Of a DNA stretch of 32,000 nt, positions 22,371 to 29,751 are shown one piece after another. Made by a program: the position numbers and the translations under genes. The notes beneath the pieces are model-generated. The model was given only the letters and a program-made list of their open reading frames with translations, was not told where the DNA came from and did no database searches. Numbering within the stretch: the first letter of the stretch is position 1; each line of letters starts with the position of its first letter. The stretch is from Edaphobacter aggregans (GTDB lineage Bacteria; Acidobacteriota; Terriglobia; Terriglobales; Acidobacteriaceae). The DNA is taken from assembly GCF_003945235.1 (NCBI RefSeq), contig NZ_RSDW01000001.1, positions 3,930,001 to 3,962,000 of the forward strand, given 5' to 3'.

Positions 22371-23609
22371 CTACTTGTTGAGGATTTCGAGCATGTAAGC
22401 GGTGGCTTCCGGGTTGTGCATGATGCTGAGCTGCTGCACGATGGATTGCTTGAGGGCAGGGTCTTTCTCGGTTTTGGCCAGGGTGACGAGATCGTGTGCG
22501 TCGTTGGCGAGGAAGAGGGCTTGGACGGCGGCTTTCTTGGTCTCGGGGTCGGCGCTGTTCTGGTAGATGGCGAGTAGCTTTGGTGTGGCCTCGGAACCTC
22601 CGGCGATGCCGAGGTTGCGGATAGCTTTGCGGCGGAGGTCGGGGTCCTGCTCGGTGGTGGCGATGTTTCCGAGGACCTCGGCACCTTTGTGGCCTGCGGG
22701 GATGAGGCTGTTGATGATTTCGGCCTTGATCTCGGGACTCTTTGCTTCACTGTAAAGAGTCTGGAGTTGTGTAGTTGCACCGAGTGCTCCGAGGGTATGG
22801 ACGGCGGTACGGATGAGTTGCGGATCGGTCTCGTTGCGGGCGGCCTCGACGAGTTTGTCGGGACTGTTGGTGACCACGTAGGCCTGGAGGATGGCCTTCT
22901 TTACGGCTACGTTGGTGGTGTGCTGGTAGATGTCGGCAAGGACATCTACGGATTGCCTGCCGCGGATGGATAGCATGCGGATTGCCCTAATCTGCAGGGT
23001 GGGATTCGATTGGCCGCGGGCGATTTGGCCGATGAGATCCTGAGCCTGTTTGGAGTCGCTCTGGGAGAGGACGAAGAGGGCGCGCTCCTTGAGCTTGTCA
23101 GAGCTATTGCCGGCGAGAATTTGCTGGATGGCGGGGATAGCGTGGGATTCATCCTGCTGCATGATGGCACTGAGGGCGAGGAGCTTTAGTTCGTCGTCCT
23201 GGGTGGCCTCGGGCGACATGAGCTGCCCGCTGTGGCTGTGGATTTCGATTTCGAGGGCGCCGCACTCGTCGAGCCATTTGCTCTTGGGGTAGGTGCGGCG
23301 GAGCTCGGCACAGGTGCTGAGTGCTCGGGCTGACTGGCCTTCTTTGTTTTCAGCGTAGGCACGCCAGTAGAGGGCGCCTTCGGCTCGCTCGCCGCGCATC
23401 TGGACGACTTTGTTGAAGAGGTCGACGGCGTCGGACCAGCGTCCTTCGTTGATGGCGCGGGTGCCGTCGTTGTAGAGGGCGTCATCCTTGGCGGCGGGGG
23501 AGAGTTCGTAGGCGATGAGCTCCGGCTTGACGAGCTCGGCAGAGAAGGCCTGCGGCGCAAAGAGAGGAGAGGCGAGGATGGCAGCGAAGATGAGTGATGT
23601 GTTCTTCAT
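22371..23609 (-). CDS. exported TPR plus HEAT-repeat protein (412 aa)
   Basis: Signal peptide MKNTSLIFAAILASPLFAPQAFSA. N-terminus is TPR-like (GRWSDAVDLFNKVV...GALYWRAYAENKEG). HEAT-like repeats: NPTLQIRAIRMLS, DPQLIRTAVHTLGALG, DPDLRRKAIRNLGIAG, DPETKKAAVQALF, DPALKQSIVQQLS. Its ATG directly abuts the upstream stop (TAAATG). Confidence 0.8.
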   Translation of the reverse strand: MKNTSLIFAAILASPLFAPQAFSAELVKPELIAYELSPAAKDDALYNDGTRAINEGRWSDAVDLFNKVVQMRGERAEGALYWRAYAENKEGQSARALSTCAELRRTYPKSKWLDECGALEIEIHSHSGQLMSPEATQDDELKLLALSAIMQQDESHAIPAIQQILAGNSSDKLKERALFVLSQSDSKQAQDLIGQIARGQSNPTLQIRAIRMLSIRGRQSVDVLADIYQHTTNVAVKKAILQAYVVTNSPDKLVEAARNETDPQLIRTAVHTLGALGATTQLQTLYSEAKSPEIKAEIINSLIPAGHKGAEVLGNIATTEQDPDLRRKAIRNLGIAGGSEATPKLLAIYQNSADPETKKAAVQALFLANDAHDLVTLAKTEKDPALKQSIVQQLSIMHNPEATAYMLEILNK

Positions 23610-24383
23610 TTAGATGGATACCCCTTTCGTTCGGACGGCTCCGGTTTGCTGCTCTTTTTCGTCGCCTTGCACGCGGGAGCGCAGGACGCGGACTTCGAAG
23701 AGGAGGCCGTCGGTGTTCATTTCTTTTTGCAACTCGGCGAGGCGGGCAGGGCTTGGGTTGTCGGGTTCGTTGGCAATCTCGACGAGGACGCGCTCGAGGC
23801 GGTCGAGGGCTGCAGTTAGAGCGGGATCGCCTGATTTGGCTGCGCTCGCGCGGTAGAGGCGATTGGCGGAGAGAAGGTCCTGTGCTTCAGCTTTTACGGG
23901 TGCCGCGGCTTCGGCGGAGTCTGCGTGTTTGAGTTCGACCAAGAGGCGCTCGGAGCGGTCGAGGTGGTCGCCAAGGACTACGAGGACGATGGGCTGACGA
24001 GGTGCATTGTTCGCTGCCGTCTGGATTTGGGCCGGGTGTTGATGGTTCTCCCATTGACGGCCGGCGAAGAAGGCTACGGCGACTAGGAGTGCGCATCCGG
24101 TGACGAAGGCGAGGGCCTTCAGATTGGTCAAGCGGGTCCAGAGGCTTTGATGCTTCTGTTCGTAAACCGGCACGAAGTTGCGGATGGACTGCCAGACATG
24201 CTCGCCATATTGGGCGTCGCGGGCGGGTGGAGTGATGGGCTCGATTGCGGCGAGGTCGTTGCGGAGTGCGGCGTAGATGTCAGCGCATTGACTGCATTCG
24301 CGCAGATGGCCATCGATGCGCGTGGGCTGCTGGGATTCTCCGTAGTAATGCTCGATAAGTTGTTCTTCGGTCAGATGGTTCAT
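23610..24383 (-). CDS. transmembrane zf-HC2 (ZAS-type) anti-sigma factor (257 aa)
   Basis: The N-terminal HLRECSQC fits the H-x3-C-x2-C motif. There is a single TM helix (LKALAFVTGCALLVAVAFFAG) and a helical extracytoplasmic C-terminal domain of about 140 aa. The start overlaps the upstream stop (ATGA). Confidence 0.82.
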   Translation of the reverse strand: MNHLTEEQLIEHYYGESQQPTRIDGHLRECSQCADIYAALRNDLAAIEPITPPARDAQYGEHVWQSIRNFVPVYEQKHQSLWTRLTNLKALAFVTGCALLVAVAFFAGRQWENHQHPAQIQTAANNAPRQPIVLVVLGDHLDRSERLLVELKHADSAEAAAPVKAEAQDLLSANRLYRASAAKSGDPALTAALDRLERVLVEIANEPDNPSPARLAELQKEMNTDGLLFEVRVLRSRVQGDEKEQQTGAVRTKGVSI

Positions 24384-24535
24384 GCAATTACCTTGAGTAG
24401 CGTGAGGCTGCGGCGAAGCGCGGCATAGGTGTCAGCACAGTCGCTGCACTTGCGCAGGTGGGTTGCCACAGGTTCGGGTTGGGGGGTGTCCTTGTAGAAG
24501 TACGCGACGAGTTCTTCTTCGGTTAGGTGCTTCAT
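24380..24535 (-). CDS. 51-aa soluble zf-HC2 mini anti-sigma paralogue (absent from the ORF track because it is under 60 aa)
   Basis: Hand translation: MKHLTEEELVAYFYKDTPQPEPVATHLRKCSDCADTYAALRRSLTLLKVIA. It retains H-x3-C-x2-C. By hand alignment, 25 of 51 residues are identical to the N-terminus of the downstream anti-sigma. ATGA overlaps occur at both ends (sigma stop 24532-24534, next start 24383). Confidence 0.62.
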   Translation of the reverse strand: MKHLTEEELVAYFYKDTPQPEPVATHLRKCSDCADTYAALRRSLTLLKVIA

Positions 24536-25104
24536 GCGTTCACCCTGAGTGGTGCCAGGCCGCGGCGGAGTTTCTGTACGGCACGGAAGACCGCTTGTTT
24601 GGCGGAGTTGGGAGCGATGTGGAGCGTGGCGGCGATCTCTTCAGTGGAACGGGCTTCCATGTGGCGGAGGATGAAGGCGGTGCGCTCGGTGGGGGTGAGA
24701 CGCTGCATGGCGCGGGCCTGGAGGGCTTCGATCTCCTGGCTGAGGAGGAGGCGCTCGGGATCGGCGGCGGTGTCGGCGACCTGCACCTGATGCTGAGTGG
24801 GGTCGGCGTCTTCGGCGATCTGATAGTTGGCGGCGGGTTGTCGTTTGTTCTTCATATTGAGAGCACAGTTGACTGCGATACGGTAGATCCAGGTTCCGAA
24901 CTCAGATCGTGACTCGAAGCTTTCGAGCTTCTGATAGCCGCGGAGGAAGGCTTCCTGAACGACCTCTTCGGCGTCGGCTTCGTCGCCGGTGATGCGGAAG
25001 GCTACGCGGAAGACAGTCGGGCTGTGGCGTACGACGAGCTTGCCGTAGGCCTCTTTGTCTCCGGTGAGAACCGCCCGGATGATCGAGTGGTCGTTCTCTT
25101 CCAT
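24532..25104 (-). CDS. ECF-type sigma-70 family RNA polymerase sigma factor (190 aa)
   Basis: Region 2 pattern: AYGKLVVRHSPTVFRVAFRITGDEADAEEVVQEAFLRGYQKL..F.TWIYRIAVNCALN. Region 4 pattern: LTPTERTAFILRHMEARSTEEIAATLHIAPNSAKQAVFRAVQKLR. Confidence 0.92.
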   Translation of the reverse strand: MEENDHSIIRAVLTGDKEAYGKLVVRHSPTVFRVAFRITGDEADAEEVVQEAFLRGYQKLESFESRSEFGTWIYRIAVNCALNMKNKRQPAANYQIAEDADPTQHQVQVADTAADPERLLLSQEIEALQARAMQRLTPTERTAFILRHMEARSTEEIAATLHIAPNSAKQAVFRAVQKLRRGLAPLRVNA

Positions 25105-25255
25105 TCAGCGCATTAGACAGGGTTTTAGGGCGCCGGTTAGGAAGAATTTTTCGTATCGGATTTTGGAAGAGATCCGGGTTCGGGATACGGGGTGTTGAGT
25201 CGCGCTACACTGACGTAGTTGGGGGGCCCAGGCAAGCCGATTTGCGTGGAGGGTC

Positions 25256-26941
25256 ATGCTGAGAAGCTATCCGCAATGCGAAGAGAGATTTAGACGGGCC
25301 GGGATTTGGGTGTGGGTCCTCTTTGTTCTGCTGCTTTTACCGGTGGGAAGCTGGGGCGTGGTCTGGGGGCAGGGTTTGTCTTCGGCTGTGAAGTCTGCTA
25401 CTGGCGGCTCGCCCCCGCCTGCTGATGCGACTGCCGCGCCTGTGGTGGCTCCTCCACCGCCTGTTCCTGCTGATCCGCTGGGGCGGACTTCGCCGCATGG
25501 GACTGTGCTCGGGTTTTTGCGGGCGGCGGAGGAGAAGGACTACACCAAGGCTGCGAAATTTCTTGATGGAAAGCGGTCGCCGGAGCAGGCGACTGAGCTG
25601 GTTGTGCAGCTGAAGTACCTGCTGGATCAGGGGCTTTCGACCAGCCTCGACGACATTTCGCGCTCGCCCCAAAAAGATATTGAGGACGAGCATCGGGTGA
25701 CGAGGGAGCGGATCGGTCTTCTAAAGACCCCGGATGGTGAGATGGAGGTGCTGCTCGATCTTGTAAAGAGACCAGGGGAAGCGTCTATCTGGCTCTTTTC
25801 GCAAGAGACACTGGACCGCGTTCCGGAAGCCTATTCCAGCGAGCACCGCAAGGACATAGAGGATTACTTTCCGGCATGGTCTCAAAACATTCGCTTTCTC
25901 TCTGTCCCGCTGTGGCGCTGGGGCACGATCCTCGTCTACCTGCTGATGGTGTTTTTGGCAGCCAGCCTTATTACCAGAGCGATGATCTGGCTGTTTCGAC
26001 GGCTATTCAAAAATAGAGTGACTGCGAGCGTAGAAGAGTCTGTTCTCGCGCTGAAAGCGCCGATCTTCTGTGTTTTGGGTGCGATTATGAATCGCGCTGC
26101 GGCCGGCTACGCCCGCACTGCGTTGAGCCGCCACTATTGGAGTGTCGTCGGGCTTATTTTGTTGTGGGTGAGTGGGGCGTGGCTGCTGGTGCGGATCACG
26201 AACATTCTCGTCTCGGTGTGGCGTCACAGGCTCCTACTGAAGATGCAGGTGGAGCGGGCCACGCTTGTCAGTCTGCTGGGGAGAATATTTACGATTCTGG
26301 TCGGGCTCGTGCTGGTGCTTGTGCTGCTGGCACAGGCCGGCGTGAATGTCTCTGCAATGGTTGCCGGTTTAGGTATCGGCGGCGTTGCGCTGGCTCTTGC
26401 GGCGCAGAAGACCCTGGCGGATTTGTTTGGCGGACTCTCCATCGTGATGCGTGGCGCGGTACGGGTGGGCGACTTCTGCCAGATCGACGGGCTCACCGGG
26501 ACTGTCGAAGATATCGGTACCAGCTCTTTGAGTCTGCGAACACTGGGTCGCTCCGTGGTGTCGATTCCGAATTCGAAGGTGGCGGAGGTGAATCTCGAGA
26601 ACTTTGCAATGCGTGATCAGTTCTGGCTGAACCAGACTTTCACGCTGCGGTTCGATACGCCACATGCAGTCGTGAGGGAGGTGCTGGAGAAGATCGTGCA
26701 GTTGCTGCTGGCGCATCCGGAGTTCAATAAGAATTCAGCGCGGGCTCGACTGATTAATTTGACCCCATCAGGGCCGCAGATTGAGGTTTTTGCTTACTTT
26801 CGGAGGCCGGGCGCGGATTGGGCGGTGTTTTTGGGGGAGCAGGAGAAGATCATGCTCCAGATATTAACCATTGTTGAGGAGGCTGGGAGCAGCCTGGCGG
26901 CCCCGATTGGCGTGGTGCGGATGGAGAAGGAGAAGGCGTAG
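25256..26941 (+). CDS. MscS-family mechanosensitive channel with an extended N-terminal exported domain (561 aa)
   Basis: MscS core: GIGGVALALAAQKTLADLFGGLSIVMRGAVRVGDFCQIDGLTGTVEDIGTSSLSLRTLGRSVVSIPNSKV. It has an N-terminal signal/TM segment and several TM helices. Confidence 0.9.
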   Translation: MLRSYPQCEERFRRAGIWVWVLFVLLLLPVGSWGVVWGQGLSSAVKSATGGSPPPADATAAPVVAPPPPVPADPLGRTSPHGTVLGFLRAAEEKDYTKAAKFLDGKRSPEQATELVVQLKYLLDQGLSTSLDDISRSPQKDIEDEHRVTRERIGLLKTPDGEMEVLLDLVKRPGEASIWLFSQETLDRVPEAYSSEHRKDIEDYFPAWSQNIRFLSVPLWRWGTILVYLLMVFLAASLITRAMIWLFRRLFKNRVTASVEESVLALKAPIFCVLGAIMNRAAAGYARTALSRHYWSVVGLILLWVSGAWLLVRITNILVSVWRHRLLLKMQVERATLVSLLGRIFTILVGLVLVLVLLAQAGVNVSAMVAGLGIGGVALALAAQKTLADLFGGLSIVMRGAVRVGDFCQIDGLTGTVEDIGTSSLSLRTLGRSVVSIPNSKVAEVNLENFAMRDQFWLNQTFTLRFDTPHAVVREVLEKIVQLLLAHPEFNKNSARARLINLTPSGPQIEVFAYFRRPGADWAVFLGEQEKIMLQILTIVEEAGSSLAAPIGVVRMEKEKA

Positions 26942-27010
26942 AGGTTTCGTGGGTTCTGGGGCTGGGATGTAGACTTGTGCTGTCCGAACGAGCGTGTTTG
27001 AGGTGGGGCG

Positions 27011-27520
27011 ATGCAGATTGCTTATACGCTGACGTTCCCAGAGTTCCTTGAGGGGCAGCGGGTTCATGAGAACCGTAGTGTGAAGACGCGTGTTCTGCGA
27101 TTTTTGAACTGGTGGTTCTTCCCGCTGCTGGGGCTGGTGCTGGTGCTCGGCTCGATCATGCTTTGGCGTGAGGGGTCGCCGTGGGTGACGGTGATTGTGG
27201 TGTTTTTGTATGGATTGTTTCTCGTCAGCTATCGCTTGCTGTTGGTTGGGAGGGCAAAGAACAAATACGTCAACACGCGGCGCGGGAATGGGAGCGTACT
27301 GCTGGATGTCTCAGAGGAGCAGATTGTCGCGGAGTGGCCGGAATTTGCGAGAAGTGTGGCCAGTTGGTCGGCGATAAAGAAGTTTCGTGAGGATGAGAAA
27401 GTTCTCCTGATTTATGTTGCCCCAGCGATCTTCTTTATTGTGCCGAAGCGTGCTCTATCGCCAGAACAGTTGAGCGAGCTTTTGTTTTTGCTGAATCGGA
27501 AGCTTGTGTTGCGTGGGTGA
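27011..27520 (+). CDS. YcxB-like membrane protein (169 aa)
   Basis: Two central TM helices and a C-terminal pattern WSAIKKFREDEKVLLIYVAPAIFFIVPKRALSPEQLSELL, typical of the YcxB-like domain. GAGGTGG lies upstream of the ATG. Confidence 0.7.
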   Translation: MQIAYTLTFPEFLEGQRVHENRSVKTRVLRFLNWWFFPLLGLVLVLGSIMLWREGSPWVTVIVVFLYGLFLVSYRLLLVGRAKNKYVNTRRGNGSVLLDVSEEQIVAEWPEFARSVASWSAIKKFREDEKVLLIYVAPAIFFIVPKRALSPEQLSELLFLLNRKLVLRG

Positions 27521-27542
27521 ATGATTGCAGAAGAGACCTGCC

Positions 27543-27752
27543 TTAGCGGAAGATGCGTAGTTCGAGCAGGAAGAAGAAGAGTACACCTGCTGACCCGATC
27601 GTGATCCACATCTTGAGAAGGAAGGTGTTAATGCCTTCTGATGGATCCTTTACGCGAAGCATCCAGTTCGTGCAGAGAAAACCAACCGCGCAGACGGCTG
27701 TGCTGTACAGAATCATGCGAACGAGTGGGAACAAAAGGCGGTGGGCGGTCAC
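27543..27752 (-). CDS. possible small two-TM membrane protein (69 aa)
   Basis: GTG-start ORF (alternative ATG at 27716) with two hydrophobic segments. There is no convincing SD, and it begins only 20 nt after a strong hairpin. It is the only non-overlapping ORF in a 310-bp gap. Confidence 0.35.
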   Translation of the reverse strand: MTAHRLLFPLVRMILYSTAVCAVGFLCTNWMLRVKDPSEGINTFLLKMWITIGSAGVLFFFLLELRIFR

Positions 27753-27771
27753 GTCGATTCCCCAGTCGTTA

Positions 27772-27817
27772 TAAGACTAGAAGAGGCGGCACGAGTGGCC
27801 GCCTCTTCTCAGTCTTA
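27772..27817 (-). terminator. strong hairpin immediately downstream of ilvE
   Basis: TAAGACT+AGAAGAGGCGGC (27772-27790) pairs with GCCGCCTCTTCT+c+AGTCTTA (27798-27817). That gives 19 bp with one bulge and a 7-nt loop. It lies 12 nt after the ilvE stop. There is no clear U-tract. Confidence 0.6.
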
Positions 27818-27829
27818 CAGAACGCAGAT

Positions 27830-28771
27830 TTATACGGCTACGGGTTCGCCCACCTTGACGTTGACCGGGGTGAGCCAGTTGTGGCGGTCGGGCTTGAGTC
27901 CGTTGACAATGTTGAAGAACTCGTCGTGCAGGGCCGTGGTGATGGGGCCCATGGTGCCGTCGCCTACGAGGATGCGGTCGACCGAGCGAAGGTGGGTGAC
28001 CTCGGCGGCAGTGCCGGTGAAGAAGGCTTCGTCACAGATGTAGAGGAGCTCGCGGGGGAGCGCCTGTTCTACGACTTCGATGCCGAGCTGCTTGGCGAGG
28101 GTGATGACGGAGCTACGTGTGATGCCGTTGAGAACGGAGTTCGCGAGAGGCGTGGTGTAGAGGACGCCGCCGCGGACGATGAAGAGGTTCTCGCCGGAGC
28201 CTTCGGAGAGGTAGCCGTTGACGTCGAGCGCGATTCCTTCGGAGTAGCCGTTGATCTCGGCTTCCATGCGGATGAGCTGCGAGTTCATGTAGTTGGCGCC
28301 GGCCTTTGCGAGTGAGGGCATGGTGTTGGGTGCGAGGCGTGACCAGCTGGAGACACAGACATCGGCGCCATCGTTGCCGGGGACATATTTGCCCCAGGGG
28401 AAGTTGGCGATGTAGACCTCGATGGGAGACTTCAGCGGATTGACGCCGACTTCGCCGTAGCCACGGAAGGCGATGGGGCGGATGTAGCAGGGCGCGACGC
28501 CGTTTGCCTCGATCACATCGACGACTGCGGAGCAGAGTTGGTCGACGGTGTAGGGGAGGGGCATGCGGTAGATCTTGGCAGAGTCGATGAGGCGGGCCAT
28601 GTGCTCGGGAAGGCGGAAGACTCCGGCGCCGTTGGGCTGCGAATAACAGCGGATCCCCTCGAATACAGAGGAGCCATAGTGGATGACGTGGCTCATGACA
28701 TGGATCTGTGCCTTGTCCCAGGGAATGAGCTGTCCGTTGTGCCAGATGTTCGCGGTGGTTTGTAAGGCCAT
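27830..28771 (-). CDS. ilvE: branched-chain amino acid aminotransferase
   Basis: 313 aa. N-terminus IWHNGQLIPWDKAQIHVMSHVIHYGSSVFEGIRCY and later YIRP..FRG, GANY, GSGENLF, FFTGTAAEV motifs fit class IV aminotransferases. AGGAG lies 6 nt upstream of the ATG. Confidence 0.93.
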   Translation of the reverse strand: MALQTTANIWHNGQLIPWDKAQIHVMSHVIHYGSSVFEGIRCYSQPNGAGVFRLPEHMARLIDSAKIYRMPLPYTVDQLCSAVVDVIEANGVAPCYIRPIAFRGYGEVGVNPLKSPIEVYIANFPWGKYVPGNDGADVCVSSWSRLAPNTMPSLAKAGANYMNSQLIRMEAEINGYSEGIALDVNGYLSEGSGENLFIVRGGVLYTTPLANSVLNGITRSSVITLAKQLGIEVVEQALPRELLYICDEAFFTGTAAEVTHLRSVDRILVGDGTMGPITTALHDEFFNIVNGLKPDRHNWLTPVNVKVGEPVAV

Positions 28772-28795
28772 GTTGGGCTCCTAGGTGGAAGGTTA

Positions 28796-28801
28796 ATTAT
28801 A
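28796..28801 (-). promoter_or_regulatory. perfect TATAAT -10-like hexamer upstream of ilvE
   Basis: The minus strand reads ...cgactcgcTATAATtaaccttccacctAGGAGcccaacATG. No good -35 was found. The hexamer sits at the base of the left arm of the long inverted repeat. Confidence 0.35.
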
Positions 28802-28962
28802 GCGAGTCGGCAGGTCGGCTCGGCAGCGGGCCAGCGGATTTTGTGATGAACGGCGTGTTAGTGCTCCGTGAAAGATCGGAAGCTTTCGAAATATTGCAGT
28901 GAAGTGAACCGGCTAATTTTTCTTCGCTGGCTTGCCTGCCTAGCTGACCTGCTGACTCGCTA
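28800..28962 (+). repeat. 38-bp imperfect inverted repeat flanking an 84-nt spacer (long hairpin or MITE-like element) in the ilvE / MarC divergent region
   Basis: Left arm 28801-28838 pairs with right arm 28923-28961. By hand pairing there are 32 Watson-Crick pairs, 5 G:U positions (plus-strand sense), 1 mismatch and 1 bulge. Confidence 0.7.
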
Positions 28963-28999
28963 ACCTGCCTGCTTGCTGCTTCGCATGTGAGAATGGAGC

Positions 29000-29683
29000 G
29001 TGGCGTTTGATCCTCATTCCGTTAGCTTTCAGGAGCTTCAGCACTCGGTATATGTGCGCTTTTCGGTGCTGGCACTGAGCTCGATCTTCTTTCTGGTGGA
29101 TCCGTTTGCGGCGTTGCCTACGTTTCTAGCCGTGACGGCGGGAAGCGATGATGCGCGGCGGAGGCGGATGGCGTGGAAGGCTTCGCTGACGGCGTTATTT
29201 TTTCTGAGCGGATTCGCGGTAGCAGGGCAGTACATCTTTCGCATGTTCGGAATTACGCTGCCTGCGTTTGAGATTGCTGGTGGAGTAATTCTGCTGCTGA
29301 TCGGGTTGGATATGCTCGAGGCGAAGCGGTCGGCTACGCAGGAATCGAGCGAAGAGGCGCATGAGGCGGCGAGCAAGGAGGACGCGGGGATCGTTCCGTT
29401 GGGGATTCCGATGCTGGCCGGCCCGGGAGCCATTACCAGCGTGATGGTGCTGGTGGGGCAGGCGCAGACGAAGTGGCAGATGGCAGCGATTTTGGGCTCG
29501 ATCTTCATTACGGCAGTGGTGTGCTATCTGGTTCTTGGGAACTCAGACAAAGTGGCGCGGGCGCTGGGGGATACGGGGATCCGCATCCTTGTGCGCATTA
29601 TGGGTTTGCTGCTGGTAGCGCTGGCGGTGCAGTATTTTGTGAACGGAATGGCTGACCTTGGGGTGATTGCGAAGCCCTCGTGA
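29000..29683 (+). CDS. MarC-family (UPF0056) integral membrane protein
   Basis: Sequence pattern FFLVDPFAALPTFLAVT...AFEIAGGVILLLIGLDML...IVPLGIPMLAGPGAITSVMVL. The GTG start is uncertain because the SD spacing is poor. Confidence 0.82.
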   Translation: MAFDPHSVSFQELQHSVYVRFSVLALSSIFFLVDPFAALPTFLAVTAGSDDARRRRMAWKASLTALFFLSGFAVAGQYIFRMFGITLPAFEIAGGVILLLIGLDMLEAKRSATQESSEEAHEAASKEDAGIVPLGIPMLAGPGAITSVMVLVGQAQTKWQMAAILGSIFITAVVCYLVLGNSDKVARALGDTGIRILVRIMGLLLVALAVQYFVNGMADLGVIAKPS

Positions 29684-29751
29684 GGCAACGTGATGGTTGG
29701 CGGTTGCCCTCTCATGGGGCATAGGCCAATTTCGAAGTGGAGAGGCAGCGC

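Noticed and set aside
25105-25255. Search for an autoregulated ECF-type promoter (GGAAC ... CGT) upstream of the sigma gene
   Set aside because: The only candidate is a weak GAACC-N18-CGATA on the minus strand, with over-long spacing. This is not enough to call a promoter.
27641-28315. 224-aa plus-strand ORF antisense to ilvE and spanning the ilvE terminator hairpin
   Set aside because: It crosses an obvious hairpin and an intergenic region. Its composition is antisense-type, and ilvE on the other strand is unambiguous.
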